Virus record (IMG/VR): IMGVR_UViG_3300037845_000036
Span: 1-64,000 of that record
Length of the DNA: 64,000 nt
From: a virus
Strand: one strand, 5' to 3'
Under the pieces are notes generated by a model. It saw nothing but the letters and a program-made list of their open reading frames with translations, was not told where the DNA came from and did not search any database. Made by a program: the position numbers and the translations under genes. Shown in pieces: positions 36,883-47,300 of this stretch. Numbering within the stretch: the stretch's first letter is position 1; every line of letters starts with the position of its first letter.

Positions 36883-36902
36883 CCTTTAATCATGCTTAAC
36901 GG
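36883..36902. repeat. Isolated junction site
   Basis: CCT TTAA TCATGC TTAA CGG between the virion and lysis blocks. Confidence 0.85.
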
Positions 36903-37032
36903 TTGTGCCGTCATCCCGCAATATCCAGCACGACGCCCCATGCGAGCGCCAGCAGCGCGAGCACGAAGACGGCATCCGAGCGGATAATGCGGAAGGCGAG
37001 ATCAGCGGTTGCCCGTATTGTCATTTCTCTCC

Positions 37033-37779
37033 TCATTGCGGCACATAACTCGCGATGATCGGTTGAGCGATCGGCACCAGCAGCGATTGCCCAAGCGCTG
37101 TAGGATGGATCAGATCGGTGTTGTAATACAGCGTGTTCGTCAGGTTTGCCGGGTTTCCCATAATCGGCTGCGAAGCGAAGTCGATCACCCCGTCAATCCC
37201 GTTCGCAATCTGCCAAGCCGCGTTTGTCAGCGTCGCATTGTAGGCGAGCCGGTTCGGCTCCGTCATTGTGCCGTCGCCGCGTGGCAGCAGCGTCGTCAGA
37301 AGGATCTTGTCAAACCCGGCCGTTCGGCGCAGTTGCGCGTTTGCGGCCACAGCAGCGGCGTAGAGCGCAGGCGTCGCGTAGCTGTCGATCGCGCCATCGT
37401 TTGAGCCGATTGCGCAGATATATTCATAGACACGACGCTGCCCGCCGGGGAAACTCTTGACCGCCGCAATCGGGTCAACCCACGTCAGCGCAATGCTCGT
37501 GACGGGGTTGCTGCCCGCAGCAAGCCGCGTTCCGCTGATCGCCATGTTGCGCATAAGGATGTTACCACTCTGATAGGTGGCAAATCCCTGCATCGTCGGT
37601 TGGCCGCAGTCGCCTACCCCGACGACATTCAATAGTTGGAAAGGCCAATCGTTATTAGAAGAATAACATCCCGTAATGCTGTCGCCTGTGATGGCGAGGA
37701 CGATAAGTCCGGCGGCGTGGGCAGCGACGGTCCCGAGCAGGCAGCAACTCAGAACTACCGCGCCGAGTAACCGCTTCAT
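37033..37779 (-). CDS. SGNH/GDSL hydrolase with signal peptide
   Basis: GDSIT, AISG, GSND, DLIHP. Confidence 0.9.
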   Translation of the reverse strand: MKRLLGAVVLSCCLLGTVAAHAAGLIVLAITGDSITGCYSSNNDWPFQLLNVVGVGDCGQPTMQGFATYQSGNILMRNMAISGTRLAAGSNPVTSIALTWVDPIAAVKSFPGGQRRVYEYICAIGSNDGAIDSYATPALYAAAVAANAQLRRTAGFDKILLTTLLPRGDGTMTEPNRLAYNATLTNAAWQIANGIDGVIDFASQPIMGNPANLTNTLYYNTDLIHPTALGQSLLVPIAQPIIASYVPQ

Positions 37780-38600
37780 CAGACGGCACCAAAGGCGTGG
37801 AGCAGCGTGTGGTTGCGATTATAAATTGCCGTAATCTGCGTGCCCGTCAGGGCGCCGCCAGCAAAATACAATGCTGGGAGGAAGTTTCCCGGATCAGACA
37901 CGATGTCGGTGTTTGGCACGGCAGACGACTCAACAGTGTACGCGGTGATTAATGTCCCATTGTGATAGAGCGAATAGCCGCTTGACGACGTGCGACTAAT
38001 GACCCAAAAGCCCGAGCTATCGCCCGCATTTGCGGAACTCTGCTCCGGGGATGCGTTGTTCAGGAGCGTCGGCGTCGTGTCGTTGGAATACTGCGGCCAG
38101 ATTTCTACAAGGGTATCGGTGGAGTCCTTGATGAGCGGGGTATTGAACTGTGCCGTCGTCAGATTCCATGAACCAATCGAGGCTGAGTTCTTCGTATAGT
38201 TGCCGCCCGCTGTCGTCGGGTTGAAGGCACTGTCCATGCTTGGCAGATTAGGACTCGCCCCCGTCCAGCCTTGATATGCCGTGAACGCTGGTACACCGCC
38301 GGCCTCAACTTCTTGTGGGTAGAAATTGCCCGAGATCAGATTGACGGCAGATGTGCCCTCGTCAGGCGCGGCACGAACAACAAGCACGTCGAGCGACGGC
38401 CAAACACCATCCGCAACCAACCCATCAATATATGCCGCGTAGAGTGCTTGGTTGGCTGGTGACGGCAGGGTGATGAGCCGGTTGAAGAACTGCGCGACTT
38501 GCGCTGATGGCGCTCCGCCTCCACTCCGTAGCAGTATGGCGCGAGCCGGCGTCGCTGCTAAAAGCCCCAATCCAGCAATTACGGCTCGGCGGTGGATCAA
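37779..38600 (-). CDS. LamG/ConA-like tail-associated protein with twin-arginine leader
   Basis: HRRAVIAGLGLLAATPARA leader; I.GLV.DGVW..LD. Confidence 0.7.
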   Translation of the reverse strand: MIHRRAVIAGLGLLAATPARAILLRSGGGAPSAQVAQFFNRLITLPSPANQALYAAYIDGLVADGVWPSLDVLVVRAAPDEGTSAVNLISGNFYPQEVEAGGVPAFTAYQGWTGASPNLPSMDSAFNPTTAGGNYTKNSASIGSWNLTTAQFNTPLIKDSTDTLVEIWPQYSNDTTPTLLNNASPEQSSANAGDSSGFWVISRTSSSGYSLYHNGTLITAYTVESSAVPNTDIVSDPGNFLPALYFAGGALTGTQITAIYNRNHTLLHAFGAV

Positions 38601-40396
38601 TGCACTCGCGCCTTCAATTCCTCAATCTCGACTTGCTGCTGCTGAACAGCGTGCCAGAGAACAGGAACCAACCCCATGTAGTCGAGCCGAACCGGGTTGC
38701 CTGCTGTATCGTCTCGCACGAGCGATCCCAACGCCGACACCTTCGCAACGTCCTCCGCCAAGAACCCAAACTGCTCCCGCTCTCCCCGGTCGCCGTGCTC
38801 GCTGTCGTAGCGGAAGTTCTTTGCTGGGATTGCCATGACCTCGGAAAGTCCGGCACTCACATCAGCGATACCGCGCTTAAAATGCATCGATGATGTCGTC
38901 AAACAGATCCCGCCAGTCCCCGTGCCGTAGTAGAATTGTCCGGTGCTGGTCACATCACACACCGTTGCATCGCTCTGTCCGGTATCGGCCGCAAGAGTCG
39001 CCACGAGCGATCCGGCAAGCGTCACGAGGTTGCTGCTAATGTTCCAGGTTAGAACCGGCGTGAATGATGCGCTTCCGGCACCTCCGCTAGTATTGTATCC
39101 CAACGCCGATGTCGAGTTACCCGTTGCCCCAATGCCCATATAATATGTACCTGTCCCACCTATTTGAATTGCCATGCTATTGTTGGAAGTAGCTATGGAT
39201 AATCCCTTGGTCCCGCTGCTTATTGATAAATTACCTCCAACACTAGCATTACCGCCAAAATTAACAGTCGGCGTAAAATACCACGAATTACTTTGTGTCT
39301 TGTTATAGTCCAGCTTGTCCGCGCCGCCCACGGCAACCTCAATCTCACCAGAGGCGGGAAGAAATATTCCCGTCGTCGCATCGGTCGAGAAGCTATACGT
39401 CGGCGCCCCAACCGTCCCACTCGGCGCCGCAAGCTGCGTCGGCAGCGCCGGTGCCCCATCCGATCGCGTGAAATTTGAAGATGAGCCGGGCACTGCCGTC
39501 CATCCAATCGTTGCAGTCGGATTGGCTCCGCTTGCGCCCGCGCTGTTCGTCCCGAAGAAATCGAGATGCACGCCATCCGCGTTGGCAACGAAGGTGCCCT
39601 GTGCGCCGGGGACAAGCGGCGAGGAAACGCCCGTAAGGGTCAGGCCAGTGTTGTTGGCCAACGTCCAGTTAGCGGCGCCGTTGTTCGCCACCGCGAGCGA
39701 CATTCCGGGAGCGAAGATCGTCGAAGACGCGGCCGGGAGGGTGAGGGTGTTGCTCGATCCGGTGAGGACGAGCGCGCCAGCCATGTCGGTGGCGGCGACT
39801 TGGTAGCTGGATGACTTTGTGTTGTCAGTAAGAATGTTATTAACTGAAGCCGACCCCGCTGACCCGCCAACAAGAAAGCTATTCCCAAACGTTTCTGTCG
39901 TTGTATTCGTAACGCTATGCGTTCCGTCAGTCACAGTGAGGGGACTACTACCCCCACCGCTACCCCCGCCAGGCCCAGCACCCAACATGGCACCAGACCC
40001 GACAGAGATAGTAAGCGTTGTCGTACTAGAGGCGGTGATCGCGGCGATGTATGTGGCGGCATTGACGGCCAACAAAAAGCAGGTAGGAGATGCAGCGGTT
40101 CCCCCCGGTATTGCAAAGTTCGCGGTTGTCGCCGTTACTGTACTTCCACCGAATGCTACATATGCAGCATTTGCACCAGTATTGCACACCCACGCTGATG
40201 GGGGTGCCTGATTAACAACTCCTACCCATCCCAATGAGACATTACTTGACGTGTTGGAGACTGACAGGGACGCGCTACTAACCTGTGTCCAACCGGCTGG
40301 GTAAGTCGTTACATTTTGATTAGGAGCGGCGCGCGGCGATGCTGATCCCCAGAACAAGGCTAGGGATACAGCCAAAAAAACGAACAGCCGAGACAT
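38597..40396 (-). CDS. Tail fibre with C-terminal S74 intramolecular chaperone
   Basis: G/S/T-rich body; TSS..FK..I...F.Y...GFLAEDV...DY..LVP.L..AVQQ. Confidence 0.85.
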   Translation of the reverse strand: MSRLFVFLAVSLALFWGSASPRAAPNQNVTTYPAGWTQVSSASLSVSNTSSNVSLGWVGVVNQAPPSAWVCNTGANAAYVAFGGSTVTATTANFAIPGGTAASPTCFLLAVNAATYIAAITASSTTTLTISVGSGAMLGAGPGGGSGGGSSPLTVTDGTHSVTNTTTETFGNSFLVGGSAGSASVNNILTDNTKSSSYQVAATDMAGALVLTGSSNTLTLPAASSTIFAPGMSLAVANNGAANWTLANNTGLTLTGVSSPLVPGAQGTFVANADGVHLDFFGTNSAGASGANPTATIGWTAVPGSSSNFTRSDGAPALPTQLAAPSGTVGAPTYSFSTDATTGIFLPASGEIEVAVGGADKLDYNKTQSNSWYFTPTVNFGGNASVGGNLSISSGTKGLSIATSNNSMAIQIGGTGTYYMGIGATGNSTSALGYNTSGGAGSASFTPVLTWNISSNLVTLAGSLVATLAADTGQSDATVCDVTSTGQFYYGTGTGGICLTTSSMHFKRGIADVSAGLSEVMAIPAKNFRYDSEHGDRGEREQFGFLAEDVAKVSALGSLVRDDTAGNPVRLDYMGLVPVLWHAVQQQQVEIEELKARVH

Positions 40397-40487
40397 TCTT
40401 CCCTCGCGCCCGTTCGTCGCTGTCCGTTGCGGCGATCTCGGGTGTCAATCCCTGACGAGGGACTGGTATTCTATAACAAATTCACAT

Positions 40488-43400
40488 CTAAGCGGCAACT
40501 TGCTGCGGTATAATTATCTGTGTCGTTGTCGCCGGGTCCGACGCGCTAGGCGTGCCCGCAATATCTTTGGCGGAAGACGCTTCGATTGCTGAAGATGCTG
40601 CGTTGGCCTCCGCTTCCTGGGCATTTTGTTCCCTCTTCCGAAGAGAGTCTGCCAGATCGGCTAGATGCTTGCCTTGCGCCTCCACGTCAAGGTTGCGCCA
40701 CGAATCCACTGAACCACTAGTAGCGCGCTTGACGCTTCCGCCGCGAGCATATCCTTGCGGGTGCGCGGGCTGCAAATCATTAGCGCGTGAGGCATCCAAG
40801 ACACTCTGCATGATACGTTGTTTCATCCGATTCATAAACGTATTACGCGCGGCTGCACTCATCGGACCATAGGTCTGATGCATCTCTAGGGCGAATTGTG
40901 GGTCTAGCAGCATACGATCGAGAATGTGATTGGCCGCTGTTTGTTGTGCGCTCTTAGCGGCTCCAAGTGCCGTTTTAGTGGCGAGACCTGCGAAAGCACC
41001 AAGCGGACCGCCGGCCGCCCAACCAAGCAGATGGCTCCCGACGTGTTCCCCGACCAGTCCCATTAACAGACCAGTTATACCGCTACGCGCGGCGCCCGGC
41101 GGGGCATGAGAAAATAATTCGCGCGTATCAGAACCGGCTCCCATTTTCGCTCTTTCAGCCAAGGTAGAGCGCTCCAAATCAGCCGACAGTGCGTCCCATT
41201 GCTGTTGTGATCCTGAGAAAACCGTAGTTAAAACGTCCTTATTCTGCTCAATGAAATTTGGCAGCTTTGTAGGCATCAGTGTCGGATGTTCACCGCCCGC
41301 CATTGCCGTACCCGTGAAATTACTCAGCAAATGATCAATGACGGCTTTTTGCACACCCTCCGTGGCGGCTTGATTGCCTGAGACAACATCCATTAGCGTC
41401 TTGGCTTTTTGCGCGCGATCAGTACCGCTAAACAATCGCGCAACCGCTCGTTCAGGATCATCCTGCAGAAAGGCTCCCGCTACCGACTTTGTAAACGCAT
41501 TCCTCTCGTTCAGATGGCGGCTGATCGCATCATCCAATGTTTGTTTTGCCGTTACCGCATTGGTATAGCGATCCGTCACGCCAAGTTCCGACAGCGCGCC
41601 TTGGTGCTGTTGTATCCATGCAGACGCGGCTTTCGGGTCAACTTCGCCATTTTTGATGACGCCTGCACGGTTGCCAAAATCAAGCGCGGCGTAATCGCGA
41701 GCGGCTTCTATCGCTTCTGGTCGGCTGCCCGTTAATTGTAAATAACGGCGCATTGATTCCCCGCCCTGTGGGCCAGCCTTCCAAAACTGAGGCAAAATCC
41801 CCGATTCGCCCCACCCTGGCTTTAGCGGATATGTCTTCTCATGATCAGCGAGCGCCTGTTGAATGCCGTCAAGCTGTTCCTGCGCCGCCTTTGCAGTTTG
41901 GAACTTTTCTAATAACTCGGGCCGCGAAGATAACGCGCCCTCAAGCGGCTTGTACCATTTCTGATATTGATTGAGATCGAGTGTCCCGTCAGAACGCATC
42001 GCGCTCTTGCGCAGCGAGAATGATAGGGCATCGTCGAGTGCGGCTTGTGATTCGGGCGGGGCTACGGCGAGGAATTTATCAACTGCTTTCTTACCACCAT
42101 TAGCCACTAACCACGGCACCTGTTCGTCAGATAGTTTGTAACTGTCGTATGCACCTCCCTTTTGTAGCATCTTGCCAACGGCGTGAAGTTGACCTGCTGT
42201 CTCGCCGCTATAGCCGCGCTTCATCTCCGCATATTCGTTATTCCACTGAGCGAACTTGGCGCGCGCTTCGGGTGTAAGCGGTGTCAGGGCAGGAGTCTGC
42301 GGAACTCCCTGATCGAGCGGAGAACTCCCAGATCCCCCTCCCGTGCCGCTCCCGCTGATACCACCTTCAGGTAATGCTCCCTCTCGTAAGGCGACATTGC
42401 CTTGGTTCGCTGCTTCAAGTATTCCACGCCCTGTCTCATCTCGGCTTGCGGCGCGAAGGGCGGCTGGATTGCTACCGTAGACACGGGCAGCATCTTGCGC
42501 AAAATTCGGCCCTACGCCAAGCGTATTCCGTTCAATGTTGCCAAACCGCTCATTAATCCCCGGCATCCCAGGGTTGATCGCGCCCACATCTTCAAGTCGT
42601 TGGGTGTCCGAAATCGCGTCATTCGTCGCTTGGTCGATACCGCCCTTGAGTCTGATCAGCCGCACAGCCTCTTGCGGGGTATGGTCAGAAACGTTCTTTA
42701 GCCGCGCATTGATGTCGGCGCGGAGGCGGAATGCATCGTCAATCGGGATAACGTTGCCCCAATTATCAACCCGATCGTACAGTTTATTTTCCATCGCGCC
42801 GAACATATCGGGCGAAAAATCCTGCGTGAGTTGCTGGCGCGCCTGTTTGATGGCGTCAGGGCGCATACCCATTGTTCCATTGGGATCAATACTCTGCCTC
42901 AGTTGATCCAACCGCGCGCGCTCGGCGAGATATCCTTCCTGAGTTGGATCGCGCATTACACTGCCATACTTGGCAAATGCGATGTCCTGTGGCGTTGTCG
43001 CCGCTTCCTCGCCGCCTATTTGATTTGTCGCTTCAGAAAGCTTCTGCTGTGCAGCCGTTTCGGCTGATGCTAACGCTTGGCCTGCTGGCGCACGTTCTGC
43101 CTCAATTGCCGTCCGCGCTGTTTGCCCTTGTTCTTCGGGCGTCATCGTTGGCGTAATAGGCGCGCGGGCCATGGCGGCGTTTTGCTGTTCCGCATCAATC
43201 GTTTTCTGATGGGCTAAGTCAATATTTTCTAAGACCTTTCGTACCTCATCTTGCGCGTTAACGGGTGATGCATTGGCGGGTGCCATACCTTCCATCTTCT
43301 GAACGCGTGCCGCATTATTTGATATGTTCTGCTCACGCAGCGCGTTGCCCAATTCTGAATCGTTCGGGCTAAGCCGTGAACGGGCGCGCTGTAGGGCCAA

Positions 43401-44390
43401 CAACCCCGGATCGTTCGCCACTTCCGCTGTGGTCGGCTTTGAGCCTGGGATAAGCTCTGCCTGATCAGCCGCTAGCCGTTGCTGCAATACATCCATTGAC
43501 GCTTCGGGCGTGGATGCCGCACCCATTGCAGCGTTATATCCCGCTTGTTCTGTGGCGGTCTTACGTGCACTGGGTGTGAGCGCGGGAGTGACGGCACGCG
43601 CGCCCTCAATACCAAGCGCGGGGCCTAACGCCCCAGCCATCTCGCCAAGAGGCCGTGCAACTTCTGACGCAATTTTTGAATTGGGCCACTCTTTGTTCGC
43701 CGCTTCTTGCGCAATTTCCCCCGTTCCGCCGCTGACTGCCCCCAATGCGGCACTCCCGATAGGGTTGCCGGGCGAAATACTTGATAGCGCTTCCCCTACT
43801 CGCGGCAGGCCGCCAGCAGTCGCTAGTTTCCCCGCAACCCCCGGCCCCGCAAAAGCTGTTGCGGCGCTGACTGCTTGCTGCAGCACCTTGCCACCCCACG
43901 TCGTCGGTTGCGTATTTTCAGTTGTTGGCAATCCTGATTCCGTTGCTTTTTTATTCCACCACTCTGACCCGAGTGGCATATTTTGGATGAACGGTGAACT
44001 CTCAATTTCTTGCTTCCTTGCGATCATCCGCTTGTACGCTTCATCATCAATACCAAACATCGCCGCTATCGTGTCGAGCGGATGGGCAACATCGCTAGCC
44101 AATTCTCTACCAGAACCGCTAACGGCATTGATTGCCCCCTGTGCCACATCAGCGGGGATTCCTAATGCTCTTGCGCCGCCTGTAACTAGTCCAGATTCGG
44201 CGGATGAAGTCAGGGACGGCTCCTCTTTTGTTTTTGGTGGAGGCGGAATGGCACCTTTTAACCCAGACGTTATGTCGGAAGAAAATGCATCTAGCGGGCT
44301 ACCAGAGGTTAGCGCAGTTGATGACGAAGGTGGCGCGGCCGTATTAACAGCCGTCGCTAGATCTGCTGTGAACGGGTCAACGTCAGCCAT
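40488..44390 (-). CDS. Large internal virion/ejection protein
   Basis: 1300 aa, Ala/Gln-rich, in the position expected in a podovirus module. Confidence 0.7.
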   Translation of the reverse strand: MADVDPFTADLATAVNTAAPPSSSTALTSGSPLDAFSSDITSGLKGAIPPPPKTKEEPSLTSSAESGLVTGGARALGIPADVAQGAINAVSGSGRELASDVAHPLDTIAAMFGIDDEAYKRMIARKQEIESSPFIQNMPLGSEWWNKKATESGLPTTENTQPTTWGGKVLQQAVSAATAFAGPGVAGKLATAGGLPRVGEALSSISPGNPIGSAALGAVSGGTGEIAQEAANKEWPNSKIASEVARPLGEMAGALGPALGIEGARAVTPALTPSARKTATEQAGYNAAMGAASTPEASMDVLQQRLAADQAELIPGSKPTTAEVANDPGLLALQRARSRLSPNDSELGNALREQNISNNAARVQKMEGMAPANASPVNAQDEVRKVLENIDLAHQKTIDAEQQNAAMARAPITPTMTPEEQGQTARTAIEAERAPAGQALASAETAAQQKLSEATNQIGGEEAATTPQDIAFAKYGSVMRDPTQEGYLAERARLDQLRQSIDPNGTMGMRPDAIKQARQQLTQDFSPDMFGAMENKLYDRVDNWGNVIPIDDAFRLRADINARLKNVSDHTPQEAVRLIRLKGGIDQATNDAISDTQRLEDVGAINPGMPGINERFGNIERNTLGVGPNFAQDAARVYGSNPAALRAASRDETGRGILEAANQGNVALREGALPEGGISGSGTGGGSGSSPLDQGVPQTPALTPLTPEARAKFAQWNNEYAEMKRGYSGETAGQLHAVGKMLQKGGAYDSYKLSDEQVPWLVANGGKKAVDKFLAVAPPESQAALDDALSFSLRKSAMRSDGTLDLNQYQKWYKPLEGALSSRPELLEKFQTAKAAQEQLDGIQQALADHEKTYPLKPGWGESGILPQFWKAGPQGGESMRRYLQLTGSRPEAIEAARDYAALDFGNRAGVIKNGEVDPKAASAWIQQHQGALSELGVTDRYTNAVTAKQTLDDAISRHLNERNAFTKSVAGAFLQDDPERAVARLFSGTDRAQKAKTLMDVVSGNQAATEGVQKAVIDHLLSNFTGTAMAGGEHPTLMPTKLPNFIEQNKDVLTTVFSGSQQQWDALSADLERSTLAERAKMGAGSDTRELFSHAPPGAARSGITGLLMGLVGEHVGSHLLGWAAGGPLGAFAGLATKTALGAAKSAQQTAANHILDRMLLDPQFALEMHQTYGPMSAAARNTFMNRMKQRIMQSVLDASRANDLQPAHPQGYARGGSVKRATSGSVDSWRNLDVEAQGKHLADLADSLRKREQNAQEAEANAASSAIEASSAKDIAGTPSASDPATTTQIIIPQQVAA

Positions 44391-47300
44391 TACTGATATA
44401 ACCCATTTGCTTTAGCATATTCATTTTCTCGGGCTAGCCGTTGCAAAACCGCTTGTCCGTCACCCGTTTGTTGCCATTGAGAGAAAAGCGAACGCCGTTC
44501 TGTCGGGTCCATACGGCGTAGGACGAACGTATACGGTGTCACCGGAGCCGTTGCCTGCCAATTGCTTTCAAATCCCTCTACATGGCCTACACCGCCATGC
44601 CCTTCTTCCCATTGCTGTTGCGCCCGCGCTTTGGCGATTTTGTAATCATTAAGCCCCTCGTATTCACCAACAACTTGTTGTAGACCTTTAGGAGACATTT
44701 CTGGGCTAGGAAGTGTAGAACTAATGAACTGCATCTCTTGGAAAGCCGCCCGTGAAGATACCTCCTTAGTTGCCTGACGAGTAAGATTCCCAGCATTTTT
44801 GACAAAATCTTCAAAACTAGCCACCTGTCCATCATATGAAGGATCAATTAGGCGCAAGTACCTACTTGCCTCTTGAGCCACGCCCGCAAACGGGCCTTGT
44901 ACAAATTTCGGCGCGTCGGTTGCTAGGCGCTGCAACGTCGCCTGTTGACTCTGCGCGGACTGCGCTTCGGCAAGAACCGCCTGTCGATCTTTTTGCTCAG
45001 TTTGGGCGCGGGCGACTAGCGCCTCTCTAGCACCAGGGCCAATTTCGGCCAGCATCGGGGCAGTGGGGGATGCGGCGCTGACATTGGTTGCGGCGGGTGC
45101 GGGAGTTGGAGCAGCCGAAGGCAGTTTCTGTGCTTGAGGTTGAATCTGAGGTTGTGGGGGCGTCCCACTATTCCCCGGCAATGGTGGGGCCATATAGGTA
45201 CGGTATTTGTTCCCTTCTGCGTCGGTAGTTTCAGTCAAAGTCGGAACAGATGCGATGGCTTTGCCGCCTTGGAATATAACGCTGCCGGGACGAGTTGGCG
45301 TATACGTGTATTCTGATCGTGCCTTTTGTTCCGCTCCGGCTATTTCCCCAGCGACCTGCGGGTACATTTTTAGCAAACCAGACCTAGCCTCAATCAGTCT
45401 TGCGACGGTTGCCTGATTTTCCGTCAATTTAGTCGGCTCCCATACCATAGCGCGCCGCACTTGGGCGATTTGCGCATCTATGGATTGGATTTGATTGTCC
45501 ACTATTTCTTTAGTCGAACCAGGAGCACTATTCCCATATGTTGGTGGCAGCGGCAATCCAGTTAACGATGATGTTGCCGTCGCGCCCGCCGACGCTGTTG
45601 CTGCCCCATTTCCCTGACCAGTGGCGGCAACTGGCATTGGATTTGTATCTGTTCCCTTTACCGCTCCCGCAACAGGCGCACCCCCCGCCGCCGGTACCGC
45701 CGAACCTCCCGCCGCGTCAATTGCCGCTTGCATCTGGTGTGGTAACAACGCTGTATTTAGACGCGCAATATCGGCCTGCGCTTGCTTTAATTGACCTTCA
45801 GGTATCTGCGCCTGCTGTTGTTCAACGGTTTTCAACCCCGTCTGCAAGCCTTCACCTACTGCCACGCCCATGTGCGGCGAGCGGGACGCCAGCATGCCCG
45901 CGCCAGTCGCGATCAGCGGCATCCATGGCGAGTTATAGAAATTGGAAGTCTTGTTGTTATCGCCAGACTGGATTTTCGCTAAGATATTTTTGATCGATTC
46001 CGAGAGATCACCCGTACCTGCATTGGTAGTACCCTGAGCCGCTGGCGGTGATGGCAATCCGGTAGTCTGAACGCCCGTTGGGTGCCCCAATCCGCCGCCG
46101 CCGCCACCTGGCCCAACCGCAACCCCACGCTCAAAATACTTATCCCATAATGTTTGTGCCGATGCCCGATCGGGCGCATTCAGAATTTCCTTCCAATGTG
46201 TCGTGGCAATCGGATCGCCGCCCGTCACTTCCTTCAATGCAAATTGGTTTTGAATATTAGGATCTGTCCATGATCCACTTTGTCCCGCCGCAAACGCTTG
46301 AAGGCCAGAGAGCCGCGTATCGTGATGCTGATAGAGACCGCCGCTTGGGGAGCCTTTATCGTCAGGGTTCCACGCGTTAGGATCATAATGGCTTTCTCGG
46401 TAAACGCTATCGGCGATCCCTTCAGCCACATGCTGCGGGGCACCGCTGTTGACCCAGAAATTGACAACATCATCCCGCGATATCGCGGGCGGTTTTCCGC
46501 TCACGAGAGGCTTCACGGCTGATGGCGGAGGCGCGCCTAAGCCACCCGAGACCATGCCGCCGCCGACAGGCGAGGTAGTCGCCGGAACGCCAGCGCCCGG
46601 TGGTGCCACTAATCCCGATCCAAACACCTGATCGCTAGGCACAACAGGAAGGTGTGTGCCAGCGTTAGGATCAGCAGCATTCGCCTTCATGGCATCAACA
46701 GGCGTTATCGGTAAACCAGCACCGGCCGTGTTAGGCGTGACTCCGCCGGTAGGCTCAGTCGAATACGGCATGCCTTTTGAATTTATTTTCACTCCCGGAG
46801 GAAGTGCCGAAGTTTGCGGTAGCGATTGCGGAACCGCAACATCTGTTCCGTTATTGGTTATGGCAACAACGGGGGTTATCGGCAAATCCCCAGGGTCCAA
46901 CCCTCCGCTCGGTTGATTTGTTTTCCGCACAATCTCGGGCGGGCCAACATTGTTCGGATCATCAACGCCAGGGCTGCCGCCATCATCAAATCGCTCCAAT
47001 CCCATCCGCCCGCCACGCGCCGCCGTAGCGGTGGGAGTAGCTTGCCCCTGTGCGCCCGTCCCCACAGTCGGATTCATCTTCCGTATCTGCAACGCGCGCT
47101 GTATCGCAACACCTTGCGGCGTTGTCGCGGGATAGCGTAGCGCCAATTCTTGCAATTGTTCGGCTGGGAGTTGGGAGTATTGCGCGACAAGGTTCTGTTG
47201 TAGCGGCGCTCCCGCTCCCGACGCCATCGCACCAGCCTGCGCGACAGCAACACCACCGCCCGCATCATACGGTCTTAACCCCGACGAAGATGGTGCCACC

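Noticed and set aside
388-36902. Sites as CtrA boxes
   Set aside because: The CtrA consensus is TTAA-N7-TTAA in promoters. Here the spacer is 6, the flanks are inverted (CC.../...GG), and sites sit at gene ends including convergent stops. Not formally excluded without a binding test.
43510-44415. Long plus-strand ORFs opposite virion genes (also 12286-12825, 39315-39806)
   Set aside because: Antisense shadows of real genes, with no recognisable motifs.
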